A stretch of 43,013 nt of DNA from an uncultured Peptococcaceae bacterium (GTDB taxonomy: Bacteria > Bacillota > Dehalobacteriia > UBA4068). Under the pieces are notes generated by a model. It had not been told where the DNA came from and did no database searches. It saw only the letters and a list, made by a program, of their open reading frames with translations. The position numbers were made by a program, and so were the translations under genes. Positions 36,998 through 43,013 of this stretch are shown here, one piece after another (within the stretch, counting starts at the first letter, position 1; each line of letters starts with the position of its first letter). The stretch spans positions 1 to 43,013 of the forward strand of contig CAYRML010000003.1 in the NCBI GenBank assembly GCA_964425485.1, read 5' to 3'.

Positions 36998-38407
36998 ATG
37001 TTATTTTCCAGTACAACTTTCATATTCGGCTTTTTGCCCATAGTTTTGCTGATCTATTTCATATTTTTGGCCAAGGCCCCCATGCTTGCCAAAAATATCT
37101 TTTTGCTCTTAGCCAGCCTCTTTTTCTATGCTTGGGGAGAACCAAAGTTCGTTCTTATGATGATCCTTTCTATCGTCCTCAACTGGCTGGCAGGCCTTTT
37201 TATCGACAAATGGCGGCAAAACAAGGCCCGCGTCAACCTGGTCTTAGCGCTGGTGATGGCCTTCAACATTGGTATACTTTTCATATATAAATACCTCATT
37301 TTTTCCATCACAACCATCAACCAATTGACAGGTTCGGTCTTCGATCTGCCCAATATCCTCTTGCCTATAGGCATTTCATTTTTTACCTTCCAGGCTATCT
37401 CTTATGTCATCGATGTCAAGCGCGGAACAGTCGCCGTGCAGAAAAACCCACTTTATGTGGCACTTTATATCTCCTTCTTCCCTCAATTGGTGGCCGGCCC
37501 CATCGTGCGCTATTCCACCATCGCCGAGCAGATCAACGACCGCACATCCACTTTTAATGATAAAGCGGCCGGTTTGACCCGCTTTATCATTGGTCTGGCC
37601 AAGAAGGCTCTTTTGGCCGACAATTTGGCCATTGTGGCGGACAAGGCCTTCTCCATGGGGGCAGGCGACCTCTCCACGCCTTTTGCCTGGCTGGGCGTAG
37701 GGGCCTTTATGCTGCAGATTTATTTCGATTTCTCCGGCTATTCCGATATGGCTATCGGTTTGGGCCGCATCTTCGGCTTCCGTTTTCTGGAAAACTTCAA
37801 CTATCCCTATATATCCAAAAGTATATCGGAATTTTGGCGCCGCTGGCATATCTCTCTCGGCTCCTGGTTTCGCGACTATGTCTATTTTCCGCTGGGCGGC
37901 AGCCGTGTCGCCAGCAAAAAGCGGCTGGTCTTCAACCTCTTTGTCGTCTGGATGCTGACCGGCGTCTGGCATGGCGCCAACTGGACTTTTATCCTGTGGG
38001 GTCTGTTCTACTTTGCCTTTATCGCCGCGGAAAAACTCAGTGGCTTCGAGCTGAAGCTGCCTCATATCCTAAAGCATGTCTATACACTGGCTGTAGTCAT
38101 TTTCGGCTGGGTGCTTTTCCGCAGCGTAGATTTGGGGCAGACTTTTTCCTACATGCAGACCATGCTGGGCTTAACCGGCACCGCCTTTGCCGACAGCAAT
38201 TTCCTCTTTTACCTCAAGGAATATTGGCTCTTCTTCGTCTTTGGCGGCGTCTGCTCCTTGCCCATCATCCCAGCCATCAGGGAAAAATTGGCCACTATCA
38301 AACCGCTGTCTATTCCGCTGACCGCTATTTTGGTGGCCCTGTTCATCTTCAGCGTCAGCTTTATCATCAAGGGCAATTTTGCCCCCTTTATCTACTTTAA
38401 CTTTTAG
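36998..38407 (+). CDS. MBOAT O-acyltransferase (AlgI/PatA-like)
   Basis: LPIGISFFTFQ, FPQLVAGPI, YFDFSGYSDMA, FWRRWHISL, GVWHGA (catalytic His) and FIYFNF. Confidence 0.93.
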   Translation: MLFSSTTFIFGFLPIVLLIYFIFLAKAPMLAKNIFLLLASLFFYAWGEPKFVLMMILSIVLNWLAGLFIDKWRQNKARVNLVLALVMAFNIGILFIYKYLIFSITTINQLTGSVFDLPNILLPIGISFFTFQAISYVIDVKRGTVAVQKNPLYVALYISFFPQLVAGPIVRYSTIAEQINDRTSTFNDKAAGLTRFIIGLAKKALLADNLAIVADKAFSMGAGDLSTPFAWLGVGAFMLQIYFDFSGYSDMAIGLGRIFGFRFLENFNYPYISKSISEFWRRWHISLGSWFRDYVYFPLGGSRVASKKRLVFNLFVVWMLTGVWHGANWTFILWGLFYFAFIAAEKLSGFELKLPHILKHVYTLAVVIFGWVLFRSVDLGQTFSYMQTMLGLTGTAFADSNFLFYLKEYWLFFVFGGVCSLPIIPAIREKLATIKPLSIPLTAILVALFIFSVSFIIKGNFAPFIYFNF

Positions 38408-38415
38408 GAGGTGCT

Positions 38416-39657
38416 ATGATGCGTGATATCTTTACCAAGGTGACCTTGATTATCGTTTTGATCATCATAGCCCCTGTCTGCGCTTATTTATTTTATACCA
38501 CAGCTGTGGAGATGCGGGCCGACCGCGCGGCCATCTTTGCGGAGACCGATACCGTGTTTGAAAAAGCGCAGGCCGCCATCAATTATCTGAATAACAAATA
38601 TAATGAAAATATGCCGCTTAAGACCAACTTCATCGAGGCCAACGGCTTCTTCCAGCGCGCTGTGGGCAAGCAGTTTATCGAGGATGTCGAGGTCATGTAC
38701 AGCATCGTTAAGGATGAAAACGGCGAGCTCTATTTTACCGGCTACTGGCAGACGGAAAATGTCTTTGACCAGAAGAATCTGCCTGTGCTGATGCAGGAGA
38801 TCAAGGCACTGGACAGCGCTTTGTCTAAAGAGGACATCCCTCTTGTCTATATCGCCGCGCCGGAAAAATATATCAAGGGCTATACCGAATTCCCGGATAT
38901 TATCCACAACTATAATAATGATAAAGTCGATTCTTTTCTCTCGGCTCTCGACCAGACTGATATTCCTCACCTGGATCTGCGCAAAGTCATCAGCGAGCCG
39001 GCGGCCGATAAGAGCAACCTTTTCTATTATACCGACCACCACTGGCAGAGCGACGCCTCCTTTGACGCGGCCTGGGCCATCGGTGATTATCTGAACCAGA
39101 CTCTGGGCTTTAATATCGACCCGCATGACTATTACAGCAACAGCGCCAACTATCTGCGCGATGAATACCCCCGTTCCTTCGTGGGCTCGCAGGGGCGGCG
39201 CGTGGGCCGCTATTATACCCGCCTGGATGATTTTACGCTCATCTATCCGGCTTTTGCCACCGATTATGTCATGACCTATTATTCCGGCCAGGAAAAAACA
39301 CGCAGCGGCGATTTTGTCTCCGCCCTCGTCTTCGATGAATATATAAACAATGATGACGTCTATACCAACCGCTATGCGGCCTGGCTGGGCGGTGACCATG
39401 CTCTTTTGACCATAGATAATAAGCTGCAGGATGATTATAAATTGCTGATCGTCAAGGATTCCTTCACCTCGCCGGCGGCCTGCTTCCTCTCCACTGCCGT
39501 CAATGAGATCAAGCTGGTGGATTTGCGCCAATATAATAATTCCTTAACCGACCTGGCCCTTTCTTATCAGCCAGATGCCTTTATAATCCTCTACAGTTCC
39601 AGCGGACTTAACGAGGCTATGTTTGATTTCGATAACAATATGGCGGAAAGCCAATAA
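38416..39657 (+). CDS. Membrane-anchored AlgJ/AlgX-like (DHHW) O-acetyltransferase partner
   Basis: N-terminal TM, YYTDHHW and KDSF motifs; directly follows the MBOAT gene. Confidence 0.8.
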   Translation: MMRDIFTKVTLIIVLIIIAPVCAYLFYTTAVEMRADRAAIFAETDTVFEKAQAAINYLNNKYNENMPLKTNFIEANGFFQRAVGKQFIEDVEVMYSIVKDENGELYFTGYWQTENVFDQKNLPVLMQEIKALDSALSKEDIPLVYIAAPEKYIKGYTEFPDIIHNYNNDKVDSFLSALDQTDIPHLDLRKVISEPAADKSNLFYYTDHHWQSDASFDAAWAIGDYLNQTLGFNIDPHDYYSNSANYLRDEYPRSFVGSQGRRVGRYYTRLDDFTLIYPAFATDYVMTYYSGQEKTRSGDFVSALVFDEYINNDDVYTNRYAAWLGGDHALLTIDNKLQDDYKLLIVKDSFTSPAACFLSTAVNEIKLVDLRQYNNSLTDLALSYQPDAFIILYSSSGLNEAMFDFDNNMAESQ

Positions 39658-39680
39658 GATAATAATCATATAATGACGAT

Positions 39681-39724
39681 AAAAAAAGCACCGCCCTCTT
39701 TTTAAGAAGGCGGTGCTTTTTTTT
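39681..39724. terminator. Intrinsic terminator after the MBOAT operon
   Basis: aaaaaaagcaccgcc...ggcggtgctttttttt. Confidence 0.85.
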
Positions 39725-39853
39725 AGGGGAAATTTTATATACAAGGAGTATATAACAATGTAGTATGGTATTTTATGTTCAAATATATATGTCTATGATT
39801 TTTTATGTTTTATTATATAGAACTTCCGCCGCCAAGTCAAGCGGCCGCAAAAG

Positions 39854-40330
39854 TTATTTAATAATATCACAAAAGCGAACTTTCAGCAGCTGACTCAGCT
39901 CCTGTGGCTTCATCTCTATCTGGGAACCCAAGCGGCCGCCGCTGAACATGATGGTCTCATGCAGCAGCGCACTGTCGTGGATGACGGTAAGGAAGCGTTT
40001 TTTCATGCCGATGGGGCTACAGCCGCCGCGCACATAGCCGGTCAGCTTGTTGATATCCTTGACAGGTATCATCTCCACCGATTTTTCGCCCACGGACTGC
40101 GCTGCTTTTTTCAGGTCCAGCTCCTCCGCCACCGGCAGTACAAAAACATAATATTGCTTGCTTTTGCCGACTGCCACCAGCGTTTTGAAGGTTTTTGTCA
40201 CCGACATGCCCACTTTTTGCGCCACAGTCACTCCATCCAAAAACCCATCGCATTCATAGGTGTGAATGACAAAGGGCAGGCCTGCTTTTTCCAGCAAACG
40301 CATGGCATTGGTTTTGATCTCTTTTTCCAC
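39854..40330 (-). CDS. ybaK: Cys-tRNA(Pro) deacylase
   Basis: KTNAMRLL, FKTLV, GYVRGGCSPIGMK and SGGRLG; GTG start with AAGGAGG. Confidence 0.93.
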   Translation of the reverse strand: MEKEIKTNAMRLLEKAGLPFVIHTYECDGFLDGVTVAQKVGMSVTKTFKTLVAVGKSKQYYVFVLPVAEELDLKKAAQSVGEKSVEMIPVKDINKLTGYVRGGCSPIGMKKRFLTVIHDSALLHETIMFSGGRLGSQIEMKPQELSQLLKVRFCDIIK

Positions 40331-40352
40331 GGCAACAACCTCCTTCTTGGCT

Positions 40353-40405
40353 ATTATAGCCCCCGCCTCCGGACTTTGTCAATTGCCAGGCGGACAGCAT
40401 ATAAT
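40353..40405. promoter_or_regulatory. Overlapping divergent promoters of ybaK and the amidase gene
   Basis: Minus strand TTGACA (40382-40377)-18 nt-TATAAT (40358-40353); plus strand TTGTCA (40376-40381)-18 nt-TATAAT (40400-40405). Confidence 0.6.
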
Positions 40406-40430
40406 GGTTGTGAGAGAGGAGTGCTTGCCT

Positions 40431-40919
40431 GTGGGTTATAACCGCCAAGCTGCTGTTGCCTATGCCCATCGCTGGGCTTTTGCCCGCAACCCCCTATTTT
40501 ATGATTTTTCTGATCTGGGCGGTGATTGCACCAACTTTATTTCACAATGCCTTTATGCCGGCGGCGGCGTCATGAACCTTAATCATAATCCGGCACTGGC
40601 CTGGTTTTATTTAAGGCCGAACAATCGTAGCGCCTCTTGGACCGGTGTACCCTTTTTATATCATTTTCTTATCCATAATAAGGGGCCGGGGCCTTGGGCC
40701 ATCCATGCACCGCTGGCGCAAGCGGAGGCAGGTGATGTGATACAGCTCTTCTTCAACGGAGAAGATTATGGCCACTCTCTCTTTGTCGTGGAGGTAGCGG
40801 GACCGGATCCTTATAATATCTATATTGCGACCCATACTTATGATAGCGATTTCCGGCCCCTTTCCTCTTACGGCTATGCCGAGGCACGGCTTTTACACAT
40901 AGAGGGGGCCAGGTTTTAG
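40431..40919 (+). CDS. Putative amidase-domain (Amidase_6, CHAP-like) protein
   Basis: YNRQAAVAYAHRWA, GGDCTNFISQCL, GDVIQ, HS and ATHT. Start moved to GTG 40431 after AGGAG. Confidence 0.85.
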   Translation: MGYNRQAAVAYAHRWAFARNPLFYDFSDLGGDCTNFISQCLYAGGGVMNLNHNPALAWFYLRPNNRSASWTGVPFLYHFLIHNKGPGPWAIHAPLAQAEAGDVIQLFFNGEDYGHSLFVVEVAGPDPYNIYIATHTYDSDFRPLSSYGYAEARLLHIEGARF

Positions 40920-40953
40920 CTCTGCCCCCTCAGCCTGCCTGCATCGGCTTAGA

Positions 40954-41415
40954 TCAAATCAGACAAAAGATATGGCTACCGATTTTGGCACAGACACGGG
41001 CGTTTTGCGCCCCTCTGCTGAAATAGACGGCGTCGGGCGGCAGGATGCGCTGACTGCTGTAAAGCACATAATAGACATTGTTATATTCCTTGCTGGTGGC
41101 CACTGTCTTGGCGATGCGTTTGGCCGGGGTGAACTGGTTTTGAGCATAGACCACATGGCGAATATTATCAGGAAAGCGCTCGCTCATTACTCGATTGAAG
41201 ACCACCTCCACAACCGCCTGCTGGCCGGAATCGCTTTCGCCGCGGGCCTCCAGCCAGACCAGGCGCGCCATCAGATTGATATCGGCTACGCTGATATTTT
41301 GTCTGATCACATCATAGCTGTAGTTGTAGTTATATACGGCCGCCTGGGCCGGTGTCGCCGCCCATATTATGACCAGTGCTATGACCAATGCCAGCAGCTT
41401 TTTATATGAACACAT
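40954..41415 (-). CDS. Secreted cell wall hydrolase (Hydrolase_2, SleB/CwlJ-like)
   Basis: Signal peptide ending AQA, LMARLVWLEARGE (catalytic Glu), VVFNRV, QF and IGSHIF. Start moved to ATG 41415. Confidence 0.88.
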   Translation of the reverse strand: MCSYKKLLALVIALVIIWAATPAQAAVYNYNYSYDVIRQNISVADINLMARLVWLEARGESDSGQQAVVEVVFNRVMSERFPDNIRHVVYAQNQFTPAKRIAKTVATSKEYNNVYYVLYSSQRILPPDAVYFSRGAQNARVCAKIGSHIFCLI

Positions 41416-41443
41416 ACTTATACCTCCAACTTCTTTGACAGTT

Positions 41444-41476
41444 ACGCCCAGTCGCATCAGGATGGGCGTTTTTTTA
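41444..41476 (+). terminator. Plus-strand terminator-like hairpin in the 5' region of the minus-strand hydrolase
   Basis: acgccca...tgggcgt followed by a T tract on the plus strand only. Confidence 0.55.
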
Positions 41477-41579
41477 TTATGCCGCAAATATGGCAAAATC
41501 ATACAAAAATGTCAAAGAAAGCCTAAATAAGCAAGCGGCAGCAATATTCCACAAGAGTAAACAAGGGCCGGGGCCTTTC

Positions 41580-41876
41580 TTATTGATCCAGCTCCTGCAC
41601 GGCCGAATTAACCAAGGCATCCAGCTCCGACTCGCTGAGATCGATGCCCTTTTCCGCCAAAAAGCTCAGCACATACTCGTATTTGGCCGTTTGGCGCACC
41701 AGGTTGTTTTCCTCGTCCTCATAGGCCTTTTCCGCTGCCCGCACGGCCACGCGTACCACTTCCACCAGCCTGGCCCAGCTCTCTTCGCCAATTTTGGCCT
41801 TCAGCCAAGGCAGCAAAAAAGCGGTGATCAAAGCCGCCGCCACAGAAACCACTATCTGTAAAACTTCATATGTCAT
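41580..41876 (-). CDS. Phage holin, LL-H-like
   Basis: N-terminal TM, PWLKAK, AVRAAE, KYEYV and DALVNSAV; GAGGAGG RBS; downstream of tail-like genes. Confidence 0.75.
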   Translation of the reverse strand: MTYEVLQIVVSVAAALITAFLLPWLKAKIGEESWARLVEVVRVAVRAAEKAYEDEENNLVRQTAKYEYVLSFLAEKGIDLSESELDALVNSAVQELDQ

Positions 41877-42046
41877 ATTATTTCCTCCTCTGTTGTTTTT
41901 ATAAATTCCCCGTTTTCATATCTATCTCCAATACCAAAACCTTCTTACAGCAATATCCATCCCATACTTACAGCAAAAGCCTCATCCTCGCAGACTGCGA
42001 TATTGGTTATAACGCCATCGGTTATTTCCGCATAGATAGTTTCCAT
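41873..42046 (-). pseudogene. Small phage tail-associated gene with an in-frame TAA
   Basis: AGGAGGT RBS; METIYAEITDGVITNIAVCEDEAFAVSMGWILL*EGFGIGDRYENGEFIKTTEEEII*; the final TGA overlaps the holin ATG (ATGA). Confidence 0.7.
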
Positions 42047-42055
42047 ATATACCTC

Positions 42056-42772
42056 CTAGCCATAAATCAGGCAGACACCAGAGCCGCCAGCAGCGCCGTT
42101 GTAACTTGTGCTAAAGGCACTACTTCCACCACCGCCACCGCCGCCTGTGTTTGCTGTTCCCGCAGTGCCTCCTGATATAGTACTACCGCCTTTGCCGCCA
42201 CCTCCATCTCCACCCGCACCGCCAGAGGTGGTGCTACCACCACCACCGCCACCGCCATAGAGCGTGTTATTATAAGGGTTTGTGGGGGTGTAATTGGTTG
42301 TTCCTCCGCCAGTACCTCCTGCACCTGCAGAACCTGATCCACCATTACTACCATTGCTACCACCATAGCCACCACTGTTAGTACCGCCGCCGCCGCCGCC
42401 AGAACCACCAACACCACCAGTAGAACTAGAATTGCCACTACCTCCGGCGGAAGTATATGTAGCATCAAAAGAGCTTGTCCCGCCAGTACCACCAGTTGCT
42501 GAAGATGATGTCCCTCTTGTTCCACCAGCACCAATCACACAAGAATAAGAATTACCAGCAGTTACTGGTATATTTCTATATAATTCACAATAGCCACCAC
42601 CGCCACCACCTCTAACTCCGTAACCACCACCACCGCCGCCGCCGACTAAGTATACATCAACCTCTGTTACACCGGCCGGAACAGTCCAGTTTTGGCTTGA
42701 TGTAATTGTGGCAAGCAGGGTTTTAACCTTTGCCCCTTGCATATGCATAGCTGCTAAATGACTAAAATACAT
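42056..42772 (-). CDS. Glycine-rich phage tail-associated protein (polyglycine adhesin-like)
   Basis: WTVPAGVTEVDVYLVGGGGGGG, many Gly runs, ANTGGGGGG and GGSGVCLIY end; T/A-ending codons unlike the host genes. Confidence 0.8.
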   Translation of the reverse strand: MYFSHLAAMHMQGAKVKTLLATITSSQNWTVPAGVTEVDVYLVGGGGGGGYGVRGGGGGGYCELYRNIPVTAGNSYSCVIGAGGTRGTSSSATGGTGGTSSFDATYTSAGGSGNSSSTGGVGGSGGGGGGTNSGGYGGSNGSNGGSGSAGAGGTGGGTTNYTPTNPYNNTLYGGGGGGGSTTSGGAGGDGGGGKGGSTISGGTAGTANTGGGGGGGSSAFSTSYNGAAGGSGVCLIYG

Positions 42773-42784
42773 CTTACCACCGCC

Positions 42785-43012
42785 TTATATATCACCTTGC
42801 AAGAGCCATGTATCAGTTGCTAATTTGCGCAAAACGGCACCTTTGTACTGCGTTTTAATAGCGATATTAGAGCTGCCGCCGTTCAATGTTACACCGCTTG
42901 TCAGCTTCACCGTCACCGTACCGGAACCCAACCTGTTTATGCCTATGCTTGCGCCTATCGGGAAAGCAACGGAGGAATTGAGCGGGATAGTAACTTCAAT
43001 CGCGGAAGATGA
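42785..43012 (-). CDS. C-terminal part of a phage tail-fibre-like protein (truncated by the window)
   Basis: Open frame ...VTIPLNSSVAFPIGASIGINRLGSGTVTV...GVTLNG...QYKGAVLRKLATDTWLLQGDI*, missing from the ORF track because it has no start; resembles recalled phage fibre C-terminal domains. Confidence 0.7.
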   Translation of the reverse strand, partial: SSSAIEVTIPLNSSVAFPIGASIGINRLGSGTVTVKLTSGVTLNGGSSNIAIKTQYKGAVLRKLATDTWLLQGDI

Positions 43013-43013
43013 G

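Larger units (their letters stand above)
41580..43013 (-). mobile_element. Distal end of a prophage remnant or phage-tail-like element
   Basis: Co-oriented fibre fragment, Gly-rich protein, small gene and holin; no integrase or att site visible in the window. Confidence 0.6.

Noticed and set aside
39743-39775. RBS followed by ATG-TAG, with a 16/18-nt match to the start of the ppx-like gene
   Set aside because: Short AT-rich match that does not extend, and no downstream gene to regulate; probably chance.
40954-41415. Cell wall hydrolase as the phage endolysin
   Set aside because: It has a Sec signal peptide and its own promoter-like region 164 nt from the holin; more likely a host enzyme, though not excluded.
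42056-42772. Low-complexity artefact or DGR variable region
   Set aside because: The Gly runs use mixed codons and fit a recognisable protein pattern; no reverse transcriptase or template repeat is in the window.

Overview
A 43 kb chromosomal segment from a moderately GC-rich anaerobic Bacillota (Clostridia-like) genome, mostly housekeeping. It holds a nim-like/Fe-S/hcp nitrosative-stress operon, aroF-pheA, valS-folC-maf-mreBCD-mrdA-rodA, tig-clpP-clpX-lon-engB, ogt, queCDE, an MBOAT/AlgJ-like O-acylation pair and ybaK. Four things stand out. (1) An unannotated 29-aa Phe-rich leader peptide (FSFSFNFFWF) sits upstream of aroF-pheA with a full promoter/anti-terminator/terminator layout, suggesting ribosome-mediated attenuation in a phylum that usually uses T-boxes. 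(2) A vanG-type D-Ala-D-Ser cluster (vanW-vanG-vanXY-vanT) has no adjacent vanRS, and its vanT is split into membrane and racemase genes. (3) A probable catalytically degenerate Ppx/GppA is present. (4) The right edge enters a phage-like tail/lysis module: tail-fibre C-terminus, glycine-rich protein, a small gene with an internal stop, and a holin. Short tandem duplications also recur at ribosome-binding sites. All family assignments come from motif recognition by eye; no database searches were run.
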